Shown here piece by piece: positions 1 to 9,342 of a DNA stretch of 14,940 nt. Every line of letters begins with the position of its first letter. Position 1 is the first letter of the stretch. This DNA comes from a virus (Duplodnaviria; Heunggongvirae; Uroviricota; Caudoviricetes), in the IMG/VR virus record IMGVR_UViG_2875713109_000008, positions 1-14,940 of that record; one strand, given 5' to 3'. A program made the position numbers and the translations under genes. The notes beneath the pieces are model-generated. The model was not told the origin of the DNA. It made no database searches and saw nothing but the letters and a program-made list of their open reading frames with translations.

Positions 1-735
1 TTACTCCCTGACAGGGTTCGTAGGCCACTCAATATCAGGTGCAGTTGTTGTATTAACACGGTTCAGCAACACCCGATACTTTTTCCAGGCTTCCAGCAAC
101 GAGTTTTCTTCCTCCGTTGCGATTTCCAGATCTGCAGCATCCTGAAGTGGCGCAATATGCTCACTGGCTACCTGCATCAGGTTGTTTTTTGTTTCTTCCG
201 CCTCCCGGATCCGGAACAGTTTTTCTGCTTCCGTATCCTTCACCCAGGCTGTGCCGTTCCACTTCTGATATTCCCCTTCCGGCGATAACCAGGTGACATT
301 TTCCGGTAACGAGCCAAGTTCAGAAATAAATAACGCGTCGCCGGAAGCCACGTCATAGACGGTTTTTCCCCGATGATCTTCAACGAGATGCCACGATGCC
401 TCATCACTGTTGAAAACAGCCACAAAGCCAGCCGGAATATCTGGCGGTGCAATATCGGTACTGTTTGCTGGCAGACCTGTATGAGGCGGAATATATGCGT
501 CACCTTCACCAATAAATTCATTAGTTCCGGCCAGCAGATTATAAATTTTTATGGTCCGTGGTTGTTCACTCATTCTGAATGCCANNNNNNNNNNNNNNNN
601 NNNNNCGGTACTGTTTGCTGGCAGACCTGTATGAGGCGGAATATATGCGTCACCTTCACCAATAAATTCATTAGTTCCGGCCAGCAGATTATAAATTTTT
701 ATGGTCCGTGGTTGTTCACTCATTCTGAATGCCAT
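1..735 (-). CDS. tfa: Tail fibre assembly protein Tfa (lambda orf-194 family); reading frame carries an in-frame 129-bp repeat plus 21 N
   Basis: Translation [43 protein letters not shown]... matches lambda Tfa from memory. ATG at 735-733 overlaps the stf stop (TAATG). Natural length is likely about 194 aa once the duplicated block is removed. Confidence 0.85.
456..734. repeat. 129-bp exact direct repeat (456-584 and 606-734) bridged by 21 N (585-605); period 150 bp
   Basis: Seen directly in the sequence; copies are identical and the unit keeps the tfa frame (X run in the translation). Confidence 0.9.
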
Positions 736-3700
736 TATGCAAGCCTCACAATATAGTTAAATGCGATGTTTTTGACGGTGTTTTCCGCGTTACCAGCAGC
801 GTTAACGGTGATGGTGTGTCCATGTGAACCAATCGCAACGGAGTGCGTATGAGCACCAATACCGACAGTATGCGCGTGTGCACCTGCAGATGCTGCTGTG
901 CNNNNNNNNNNNNNNNNNNNNNTGACGGTGTTTTCCGCGTTACCAGCAGCGTTAACGGTGATGGTGTGTCCATGTGAACCAATCGCAACGGAGTGCGTAT
1001 GAGCACCAATACCGACAGTATGCGCGTGTGCACCTGCAGATGCTGCTGTGCCGGACAGTGAGTGGCTATGATTACCATCTGTACTGGTATTAGCTAACCA
1101 CCCCGTAGACATACCTACTGAGCCTTGTACACCCCAGGTATTTTGACCTGAGCTTGTATAACCATATTGATAAGTATCTTTAAAAACACTGGGGTTAAAT
1201 CGACGGCCATCTCTATGGCTGTGATTACCAGCTGCATTCGTGCTGCCACTTAAACTATGGGTATGCGCACCAGTGTTATTCGTGGATTTAGTGCCGTAAT
1301 CAAACGACGATGTGGTTTTCGTCCCCAAATCCGTACTGGATGCGCTGGCGCTGTGGGTATGCGATTTAATGCCATCCTGTTCCTGAGACAATACGGCACG
1401 ACCACTGGCGGGCTTGCCCTTAATCGTCCAGCCACGCATATCAGGGATCACGCCTGACGGATAAGCGGCTGCAAGTTTCGGGTAAGCAGATTTGTCAAAA
1501 GTCTGCCCCTGCATCAGGGCATAACCAGACGGAACGGTATCTGATGGCCACGGGATTGGTGCGCCGACTGGGTAGCTTTCTGGTGGAAGATTTTTCGAGG
1601 TATAAACTTCTGCCCAGTCTTCCTCAAAACCATAACCGTCTCTTGAAGAACGGTAGAACAGACCACCATTTCTGTAATGCGCCTTCATCTGCAAGGTCCG
1701 GCAACTTCCGACTCCGGTATAGAAGTTAACCAGAATATAGCTGTCGCCAGAGCGGGTGACATTATAAGCGCCTGATTCGGCATTCCAGGGAACGCCACCA
1801 TCCGCATCGGCATATGTATCCGTTGCCCTTCTGGCAAAAGCAGCCACATGCGCGGCGGTTAAAGTAATATCTTTGGAACCATCAAACTCAACACCAGAAA
1901 CCCGTCTTGGCGTTTGCAGCTTTGTTGCTGTTAATGCATTACCGTTCAGACTTGCGGACAGTTTGGTTCCAATAACCAGTTCGCCGGTTGCGTTATCAAT
2001 AGCAAACGGTCTTAATGTATTCCAGCCACCATAAACATCACCTTGATTGGTAAGCAGCAGGTAAGTTTTAGCGCCATCATTACGCCATAATGCCCCATAC
2101 TCCCCACCTATCATTCGAATCTGATTACCACCACGCGCTACAATTTCGTCTGTGGCAAAAAGTTTTTTGCACGACAAGTTATCGTTAACGATTAACGAAT
2201 GAGACTCATAAAAACCACGCCCACTCTTAAAATCAAGGATAACGTCCGCCGCGATACATTCAGTCGCCGGATTTGTTGCCCCAAACTTATAGGTCGTATC
2301 ATTAACAACGAGATCAGCACCAGGTGTGGATATTGACAGGCCATCTTCGATAAACGCAAAAACAGGGAAAGCAGCGCCATCAACATAGAACACAGAGCGC
2401 AAATCATCGCCCTTATTACTCATCATTATTGAGTGGATGGCTCGTTCATTGTTTTGATATTGCCAGAACATTCCATAAGCATAACGCCCCCTGTCAGTCC
2501 AGCCACCAGGCATAACAAATCCGTTAAACTCGCAGTTATTCATCGGATCGCCTGCGGTTCGCGTTGCCGTGGTGATAATGACCCTTGATGCCAGTTCGCT
2601 TACTGAGCCAGCAGAACGCATAACAACAACAGGGTAATATTTTCCAGATGTTGCACCTGCAGGAGCGTTAACCCGCACATAACGCATACCACGCTTATCA
2701 GCAAAGTCTGTTTTACTGACCGCGTTAATGTTGTTCAGGAAGCGTCCCTTATCGGGTATATCAGCGCCGTTCTGGTCTTTCTGCAGACGTTTCTCTGCAT
2801 TGTCATAGGCTGATTTTACTGCCTTTGGCGTTGCCGCCAGCGTTTCAGACGTACTGTTGGTCGCACTGCTGAGCTGTACTATCCCCTTTTTCGTCGTACT
2901 TGCATCCTCAAGCGCCACGGCGGATGCAATATCCTCTGCCCGTTTTGCCGCTGTCTCGGCGCGCGTTGCCGCGGATTCCGCCGTACTTTTGCTCTGTGCT
3001 GCCGCCGTCGCACTGCCAGCTGCCTCTGTCGCCTTCGTGGATGCTGTCGTGGCGCTGCCCTTCGCTGCGGACGCTTGTCTGGTCGCCTCATCTTTTGAAG
3101 CAGACGCCGATGATGCCGATGACGCCGCCGAACTGGCGGACGATGCGGCAGCCGTTTTTGAGGATTCTGCGCTGGTTTCCGACGCTTTCGCGTTCGTCTC
3201 GGATGTCTTCGCTGCGGAAGCAGACCTCGCTGCTGCGCTGGCCTGTTCAGTGGCTTCGCCAGCCTTCGTTGTGGCTGTTGAAGCAGACGATGCGGCACTT
3301 TCTGCCGATTTTCCGGCGGCGGTGGCACTGGCTGAGGCCTGCCCGGCACTTGTTGACGCGGCACTGGCAGACGACGCAGCCGCTGTTTTTGAGCCTGCCG
3401 CAGCCGAGGCGCTCTGTCCCGCTGCCGTTTCAGAAGACCTGGCGTTTGTCTCAGACGTCTTTGCCGCCTTCGCGGAATTGCCTGCCGCCGTTGCCGAGGA
3501 AGCGGCACTACTGGCGCTTGATGATGCGTTCGTTTCTGATGATTTCGCTGCCTCTTTTGAGGCCGCCGCATCCCGGGCTGAGGTGGCTGCTTCTGACGCC
3601 TTCGTGGTCGCGGCGGATGCAGAAGTGGCTGCTGATTGTTGTGACGCTGCCGCATTCGTTTCTGACGTTTTCGCCGCAGCGGCACTGGTAGCTGCCGCGC

Positions 3701-4283
3701 TTTTTGAGGACTCTGCAGCAGCAGCACTTTTCGATGCTTCACTGGCCTTTGTTGATGCCGTTCCTGCGCTGGAAGATGCTGACTGAGCCGACGACGCGGC
3801 CTGTCCGGCTGACGTGCTGGCTGCGCGTGCTGAGCCTGCAGCATCGGTTGCATGAGTTGCCGCCTCACTGGCAGATGTGCTGGCATCACTGGCTGACTTC
3901 TTCGCGGCTGCCGTGTTCTGTGCCACTGCGGACGCGTTACGCGCCACCTCTTCCACCATCAGTTCAAAACGTCGCAATGCCTCCGGACGGGCATCATCCT
4001 CCGTCATGGCACCGAGAAAATCATTCAGCGTACCGGGTTGAGAATCTTCATACACGGTAATGGTCCCGGCATGTGACGGCGGGAATCCCTCCACCAACAG
4101 AATAACGCTGTACTGCCCGTACTCAACGTCCATGCTGTAACGCCCGGCTTCATCCGGATTTTCTGAGGCCAGCGTGTTCACCACCACCGTGGTGCTGTTA
4201 CGTTTTGCTTTCAGCTGGATTGTGCAGTTCTGTACCGGTTTTCCTGTGCCGTCTTTCAGTACACCTGAAATCTTTACTGCCAT
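735..4283 (-). CDS. stf: Side tail fibre protein Stf (lambda Stf-like N-terminus, long Ala/Ser/Thr-rich central region, His-rich HxH C-terminal repeats)
   Basis: N-terminus [30 protein letters not shown]... and C-terminus ...[12 protein letters not shown] match lambda Stf from memory. ATG at 4283 is preceded by GGGGTG; the ORF track starts at a GTG at 4289. Contains the second N-bridged repeat. Confidence 0.88.
773..1051. repeat. 129-bp exact direct repeat (773-901 and 923-1051) bridged by 21 N (902-922); period 150 bp
   Basis: Seen directly; same architecture as the repeat in tfa. It duplicates the His-rich segment near the Stf C-terminus. Confidence 0.9.
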
Positions 4284-4294
4284 ATTCACCCCAC

Positions 4295-4320
4295 AAAAAA
4301 GCCCGCCTGAACCGGCGGGC
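4295..4320 (-). terminator. Rho-independent terminator between lom and stf on the minus strand
   Basis: On the minus strand a GCCCGCC/GGCGGGC hairpin (6-nt loop) is followed by TTTTTT, just upstream of the stf ribosome-binding site. Confidence 0.55.
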
Positions 4321-4347
4321 TGTCATAACACTGTGTTACCTGGCTAA

Positions 4348-4693
4348 TCAGAATTTATAACCGACACCCACGATGAAACCGTCAGTGCGCCAGTCACCAC
4401 TGCCGGAGCCTTCATAAGCAATATCAATGGCCACGGATTCGGTCGGGTTAAACTGCACGCCAGCCCCCCACGCCAGAGACGTGTTGCTGTGGCGACCGTC
4501 ATCACTTCCGGTCAGCACATCGTGCTTTTTCCCCTTGTTGTCAGTTACGCGAAGATAATCCCCGGAGAAAGTCGACACACGGCTGTAAGCTACACCCGCC
4601 ATCGCATACGCGCTGAACCATTCATTCACGCGCACAGACGGCCCCGCCATTACGCTGAACCAGCGGTTACGAACGGAATCTTCATGCCAGCGG
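4348..4693 (-). pseudogene. lom: 5'-truncated lom (Ail/Lom/PagC-family outer-membrane protein); only about the C-terminal 115 codons remain
   Basis: Translation ...RWHEDSVRNRWFSVMAGPSVRVNEWFSAYAMAGVAYSRV...GFIVGVGYKF matches the Lom C-terminus from memory. The frame stays open upstream but runs into cos-like sequence at about 4693, with no signal peptide or plausible start. Confidence 0.8.
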
Positions 4694-4890
4694 GTAACCT
4701 GTCGGATCGCCGGAAAGGACCCGCAAAATGATAATAATTATCATCTACATGTCACAACGTGCATCTACGCCATCAAACCACGTCAAATAATCAATTATGA
4801 CGCAGGTATCGTATTAATTGATCTGCATCAACTTAACGTAAAAACAACTTCAGACAATACAAATCAGCGACACTGAATACGGGGCAACCT
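4694..4890. other. Lambda right-end (cos-proximal) homologous region, reverse-complemented; homology stops at the cosN right terminus
   Basis: Minus strand reads ...GATCCGACAGGTTAC then lom sequence. Lambda's right end is recalled as ...GATCCGACAGGTTACG, and the downstream window sequence is collinear with the lambda right arm through bor. Confidence 0.6.
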
Positions 4891-4891
4891 C

Positions 4892-5086
4892 ATGTCAACG
4901 AAGAACAGAACCCGCAGAACAACAACCCGCAACATCCGCTTTCCTAACCAAATGATTGAACAAATTAACATCGCTCTTGAGCAAAAAGGGTCCGGGAATT
5001 TCTCAGCCTGGGTCATTGAAGCCTGCCGTCGGAGACTAACGTCAGAAAAGAGAGCATATACATCAATTAAAAGTGATGAAGAATGA
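4892..5086 (+). CDS. Small basic hypothetical protein (64 aa; Arg/Thr-rich N-terminus), conserved lambda right-end ORF (recalled as YlcI/DUF3950-like)
   Basis: ORF MSTKNRTRRTTTRNIRFPNQ... with a GGGG-rich region upstream of the ATG; position matches the lambda/DLP12 right-end gene set. Confidence 0.5.
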   Translation: MSTKNRTRRTTTRNIRFPNQMIEQINIALEQKGSGNFSAWVIEACRRRLTSEKRAYTSIKSDEE

Positions 5087-5250
5087 ACATCCCGCGTTCT
5101 TCCCTCCGAACAGGACGATATTGTAAATTCACTTAATTACGAGGGCATTGCAGTAATTGAGTTGCAGTTTTACCACTTTCCTGACAGTGACAGACTGCGT
5201 GTTGGCTCTGTCACAGGCTAAATAGTTTGAATGATTAGCAGTTATGGTGA

Positions 5251-5457
5251 TCAGTCAACCACCAGGGAATAATCCTTCATATTATTATCGTGCTTCACCA
5301 ACGCTGCCTCAATTGCTCTGAATGCTTCCAGAGACACCTTATGTTCTATACATGCAATTACAACATCAGGGTAACTCATAGAAATGGTGCTATTAAGCAT
5401 ATTTTTTACACGAATCAGATCCACGGAGGGATCATCAGCAGATTGTTCTTTATTCAT
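5251..5457 (-). CDS. Hypothetical protein, 68 aa (lambda p79 / YbcW-like)
   Basis: ORF of 68 aa at the position and size expected for the conserved small gene between bor and cos in lambda-like phages. Confidence 0.55.
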
Positions 5458-5742
5458 TTTGTCGCTCCATGCGCTTGCTCTTCATCTAGCGGTTAAAATA
5501 TTACTTCAAATCTTTCTGTATGAAGATTTGAGCACGTTGGCCTTACATACATCTGTCGGTTGTATTTCCCTCCAGAATGCCAGCAGGACCGCACTTTGTT
5601 ACGCAACCAATACTATTAAGTGAAAACATTCCTAATATTTGACATAAATCATCAACAAAACACAAAGAGGTCAGACCAGATTGAAACGATAAAAACGATA
5701 ATGCAAACTACGCGCCCTCGTATCACATGGAAGGTTTTACCA

Positions 5743-6153
5743 ATGGCTCAGGTTGCCATTTTTAAAGAAATATTCGATCAAGTGCGAAAAGATTTAAACT
5801 GTGAATTGTTTTATTCTGAACTAAAACGTCACAACGTCTCACATTATATTTACTATCTAGCCACAGATAATATTCACATCGTGTTAGAAAACGATAACAC
5901 CGTGTTAATAAAAGGACTTAAAAAGGTTGTAAATGTTAAATTCTCAAGAAACACGCATCTTATAGAAACGTCCTATGATAGGTTGAAATCAAGAGAAATC
6001 ACATTTCAGCAATACAGGGAAAATCTTGCTAAAGCAGGAGTTTTCCGATGGGTTACAAATATCCATGAACATAAAAGATATTACTATACCTTTGATAATT
6101 CATTACTATTTACTGAGAGCATTCAGAACACTACACAAATCTTTCCACGCTAA
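5743..6153 (+). CDS. Hypothetical protein (lambda p78 / YbcV-like); the longest ORF starts at a GTG at 5620
   Basis: ATG at 5743 is preceded by GGAAGG at suitable spacing and gives 136 aa; the 177-aa ORF from 5620 has no ribosome-binding site. Confidence 0.55.
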   Translation: MAQVAIFKEIFDQVRKDLNCELFYSELKRHNVSHYIYYLATDNIHIVLENDNTVLIKGLKKVVNVKFSRNTHLIETSYDRLKSREITFQQYRENLAKAGVFRWVTNIHEHKRYYYTFDNSLLFTESIQNTTQIFPR

Positions 6154-6443
6154 ATCATAACGTCCGGTTTCTTCCGTGTCAGCACCGGGGCGTTGGCATA
6201 ATGCAATACGTGTACGCGCTAAACCCTGTGTGCATCGTTTTTAATTATTCCCGGACACTCCCGCAGAGAAGTTCCCCGTCAGGGCTGTGGACATAGTTAA
6301 TCCGGGAATACAATGACGATTCATCGCACCTGACATACATTAATAAATATTAACAATATGAAATTTCAACTCATTGTTTAGGGTTTGTTTAATTTTCTAC
6401 ACATACGATTCTGCGAACTTCAAAAAGCATCGGGAATAACACC

Positions 6444-6737
6444 ATGAAAAAAATGCTACTCGCTACTGCGCTGGCCCTGCTTATTACAGGATGTGCTCAA
6501 CAGACGTTTACTGTTCAAAACAAACCGGCAGCAGTAGCACCAAAGGAAACCATCACCCATCATTTCTTCGTTTCTGGAATTGGGCAGAAGAAAACTGTCG
6601 ATGCAGCCAAAATTTGTGGCGGCGCAGAAAATGTTGTTAAAACAGAAACCCAGCAAACATTCGTAAATGGATTGCTCGGTTTTATTACTTTAGGCATTTA
6701 TACTCCGCTGGAAGCGCGTGTGTATTGCTCACAATAA
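6444..6737 (+). CDS. bor: Bor lipoprotein (serum-resistance-associated outer-membrane lipoprotein)
   Basis: 97 aa with lipobox LLITGC; MKKMLLATALALLITGCAQQTFTVQNKPAAVAPKE... matches lambda Bor from memory. Convergent with Rz as in lambda. Confidence 0.93.
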   Translation: MKKMLLATALALLITGCAQQTFTVQNKPAAVAPKETITHHFFVSGIGQKKTVDAAKICGGAENVVKTETQQTFVNGLLGFITLGIYTPLEARVYCSQ

Positions 6738-6743
6738 TTGCAT

Positions 6744-6769
6744 GAGTTGCCCATCGATATGGGCAACTC
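6744..6769. terminator. Perfect 26-bp palindrome (GAGTTGCCCATCGATATGGGCAACTC) between convergent Rz and bor; likely bidirectional terminator
   Basis: Seen directly: 11-bp arms around a CGAT core, overlapping the Rz stop codon. Confidence 0.45.
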
Positions 6770-6827
6770 TATCTGCACTGCTCATTAATATACTTCTGGG
6801 TTCCTTCCAGTTGTTTTTGCATAGTGA

Positions 6828-7144
6828 TCAGCCTCTCTCTGAGGGTGAAATAATCCCGTTCAGCGGTGTCTGCCAGTCGGGGGGAGGCTGCATTATCCAC
6901 GCCGGAGGCGGTGGTGGCTTCACGCACTGACTGACAGACTGCTTTGATGTGCAACCGACGACGACCAGCGGCAACATCATCACGCAGAGCCGTTCAGCGG
7001 TGTCTGCCAGTCGGGGGGAGGCTGCATTATCCACGCCGGAGGCGGTGGTGGCTTCACGCACTGACTGACAGACTGCTTTGATGTGCAACCGACGACGACC
7101 AGCGGCAACATCATCACGCAGAGCATCATTTTCAGCTTTAGCAT
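6828..7144 (-). pseudogene. Rz1: Rz1 o-spanin lipoprotein embedded in Rz; native frame is also broken by the 134-bp duplication
   Basis: Rz1 start MLKLKMM... is encoded at 7144-7124 and the Rz1 C-terminus ...[10 protein letters not shown] ends at 6828. The extra 134 bp (not a multiple of 3) separates them in frame. Confidence 0.6.
6857..7124. repeat. 134-bp exact tandem direct duplication (6857-6990 and 6991-7124), no N spacer
   Basis: Seen directly; the two copies are identical and adjoin head to tail inside Rz/Rz1. Confidence 0.9.
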
Positions 7145-7360
7145 CAGCTAACTCCTTCGTGTATTTTGCATCGAGCGCAGCAACATCACGCTGACGCATC
7201 TGCATGTCAGTAATTGCCGCGTTCGCCAGCTTCAGTTCTCTGGCATTTTTGTCGCGCTGGGCTTTGTAGGTAATGGCGTTATCACGGTAATGATTAACAG
7301 CCCATGACAGGCAGACGATGATGCAGATAACCAGAGCGGAGATAATCGCGGTTACTCTGT

Positions 7361-7858
7361 TCATTGCTGACCCCACAAACAGATTTCACGCTCAATCTCA
7401 CGACGAGTCATGAGACCTTTCCATTGCTTACCGCCAGCATATGTCCAGCGACGTAGCTGATCACATGCGCCTTTGATATCGCCCTGGTTTATTTTGCGAA
7501 GAAGCGTCGATGTTCTGAAATTGCCAGCACCCACGTTGTAAACGAATGAGTAAAGAGCGCCGCGCGTTGTTTCCGGTATATCGACTTTGATGTACGGGTT
7601 AATTTGTCTGGCGACAGTGGCAAGGTCTTTATTCAAGAGTGCTTTGCATTCTGCTTTGGTATACGTTTTACCGAGCATGATGTCTTTTCCGGTGTGTCCG
7701 TGACATACAGTCCATACGCCAACGATATCTTTGTATGGTACGTAGCTGACACCTTCCAGACCATCGTTACCACTTGGGCCAGTGATTAACACAGATGCTA
7801 TGGCAATAGCCCCGCCACCAATAGCAGCAGCAACGGCTTTTCGTAATGATGGAGGCAT
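7361..7858 (-). CDS. R: SAR endolysin, phage 21 R-type (T4-lysozyme-like muramidase with Gly/Ala-rich N-terminal signal-arrest-release segment)
   Basis: 165 aa, [44 protein letters not shown]...; start overlaps the S stop (TAATG). Confidence 0.9.
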   Translation of the reverse strand: MPPSLRKAVAAAIGGGAIAIASVLITGPSGNDGLEGVSYVPYKDIVGVWTVCHGHTGKDIMLGKTYTKAECKALLNKDLATVARQINPYIKVDIPETTRGALYSFVYNVGAGNFRTSTLLRKINQGDIKGACDQLRRWTYAGGKQWKGLMTRREIEREICLWGQQ

Positions 7859-8073
7859 TATTCACCTCTCGCAGCCTTGCGCTTATCTTCTTTAATCTTG
7901 AAATAAAGGTTTGTCAGATACGTCAGCAGGCCAAACACCAGACTACCCAGCACACCTATTGCCGCCCACTGTGAGGGCGTGACTTTATCGAGCAACTGTA
8001 AAAACCAGTACCCGGCACTACCTGCTGAGGTGCCATAGGCGACACCCGTTGTTAACTTATCCATGGATTTCAT
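7858..8073 (-). CDS. S: Pinholin, phage 21 S-type (71 aa, dual-start MKSM motif)
   Basis: [71 protein letters not shown]; GAGGTGGGG ribosome-binding site before the ATG at 8073. The ORF track's longer N-terminus has no ribosome-binding site. Confidence 0.88.
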
Positions 8074-8112
8074 AACCCCACCTCGCAGATGCGGGTGCTG
8101 TGTAATGGAAAT

Positions 8113-8135
8113 AAAAAGGCCACCTGACGTGGCCA
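8113..8135 (-). terminator. Rho-independent terminator right after the methyltransferase stop and before S
   Basis: On the minus strand a GGCCAC/GTGGCC hairpin (5-nt loop) is followed by TTTTTATTT. Confidence 0.55.
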
Positions 8136-8140
8136 CCAGA

Positions 8141-9193
8141 TTATTTCCCCACCAGCTCGTTTATCTCTTTCACTGTCTGGTTAAACCGCTCTGACTCAAG
8201 CTCAACACCTAAGGCCCGACGCCCCAGCGCCATTGCTGCTTTTATTGTGGAACCGGATCCCATAAAAAAATCAGCAACCAGATCACCAGGTCGACTACTG
8301 GCATTGATTATTTGCCTGAGCATATCCGCCGGTTTCTCACACGGATGTTTACCCGGGTAGAACTGAACGGGTTTATGCATCCAGACATCGGTATAAGGCA
8401 CGGAGACTGATACGGAGAAATAGCGCCGGAGAGATTTAAACTCATCCAGCAATTCAGAATATTTGCGATTCAGTGAATCATAAGATGCCACCAGCTGGTG
8501 GTGTGGTTGTTCCAGTTGTTGTTCCTGAAACTTCTCTGCCGCTATACGGGAAAACAGTGCCTGTAACTTCCGATAGTCAGCCTCATTCGGCAACTGCCAC
8601 TGACTGGCACCAAACCAGTGGGAAACCATATTTTTCTTACCTGTGGCTTCGGCAATTTGTTTTGCCGTTATACCCAGTTCGGCACGAGCATCCCTGAAAT
8701 ACGATATCAGCGGTGCCATTATGTGCTGTTTGAGTTCCCTTTCTTTTGCCGCATAGCCGTCACTTTTGCCGCGATATGGCCCCTGGTAATGTTCAGCAAA
8801 CAGAACGCGCTCTGTGGCAGGAAAATATGCGCGCAGACTTTCTTTATTACACCCATTCCAACGTCCGGACGGCTTCGCCCAGATGATATGGTTAAGCACG
8901 TTGAAACGTTCACGCATCATGATCTCAATATCAGATGCCAGGCGATGCCCACAGAACAGGTAAAGGCTTCCGGCAGGTTTCAACACCCGCCAGAACTGGG
9001 CCAGACAGTGGTCCAGCCACTTAAGGTAATCTTCGTCCCCTTTCCACTGATTGTCCCAACCGTTGGGTTTCACCTTGAAGTACGGCGGATCGGTAACAAT
9101 CAGGTCAATGGAATCATCAGGCAGGGACTGAATAAAATGCAGGCAATCAGCGTTGATTAAATCAACACTGTTTATTTTTACAGTATTTTTCAT
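8141..9193 (-). CDS. DNA methyltransferase, beta-class N6-adenine/N4-cytosine type (motif IV DPPY precedes motif I FxGxG); no restriction partner visible
   Basis: 350 aa with VTDPPYF near the N-terminus and FFMGSGST near the C-terminus. The start at 9193 has no clear ribosome-binding site. Confidence 0.82.
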
Positions 9194-9342
9194 GGATCAG
9201 TAAGCGTAACTCTGGTAGGCTCACTCTGCTTTTGCGCTAAAGCAGTGGGCCGTGGTTCGCTTGTGACCAGTAAGCATGAGCGAATGGCTGGCAGGTGCTA
9301 CCAACACCCACCAGCCGCCCATTTTCACAAATTAAAAGTCCT

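Larger units (their letters stand above)
6769..7364 (-). pseudogene. Rz: Rz i-spanin interrupted by a 134-bp tandem duplication (frameshift into the Rz1 frame)
   Basis: N-terminus [29 protein letters not shown]... matches lambda Rz up to ...RLADTAER, then continues as [17 protein letters not shown]... (Rz1 frame). The Rz C-terminus [28 protein letters not shown] survives only as the separate 61-aa ORF at 6769-6954. ATG at 7364 overlaps the R stop (ATGA). Confidence 0.8.

Noticed and set aside
373-756. 127-aa plus-strand ORF antisense to tfa
   Set aside because: Nested in tfa and spans the N gap; a frame artefact.
456-1051. CRISPR array or satellite repeat suggested by repeats separated by short spacers
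   Set aside because: Only two copies per site, 129 bp long, inside coding sequence, and the spacers are N runs rather than sequence.
2857-4060. Several long ORFs on both strands (2857-3786 +, 2879-3889 -, 2900-3691 +, 3704-4060 +) with Ala-rich or Arg/Pro/Gln-rich translations
   Set aside because: They lie inside the GC-rich repetitive segment of stf, where stop codons are rare in every frame. Only the minus-strand frame continuous with the Stf N- and C-termini is credible.
6828-7376. The 182-aa ORF as a genuine single-polypeptide (unimolecular) spanin
   Set aside because: It is Rz run into the Rz1 frame by a 134-bp duplication. The Rz1 lipobox would be internal and unprocessed, and the topology is the reverse of known unimolecular spanins.
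8618-9160. 180-aa plus-strand ORF antisense to the methyltransferase (also 8473-8697 + and 8719-8913 -)
   Set aside because: Fully nested in the well-supported methyltransferase frame, with no ribosome-binding site and no recognisable features.
9194-9342. Possible small RNA or tRNA-like element between the small ORF and the methyltransferase (short 7-bp inverted repeat near 9222-9241)
   Set aside because: No cloverleaf or conserved tRNA boxes, and the hairpin is not followed by a T-tract; it cannot be separated from an ordinary intergenic leader.
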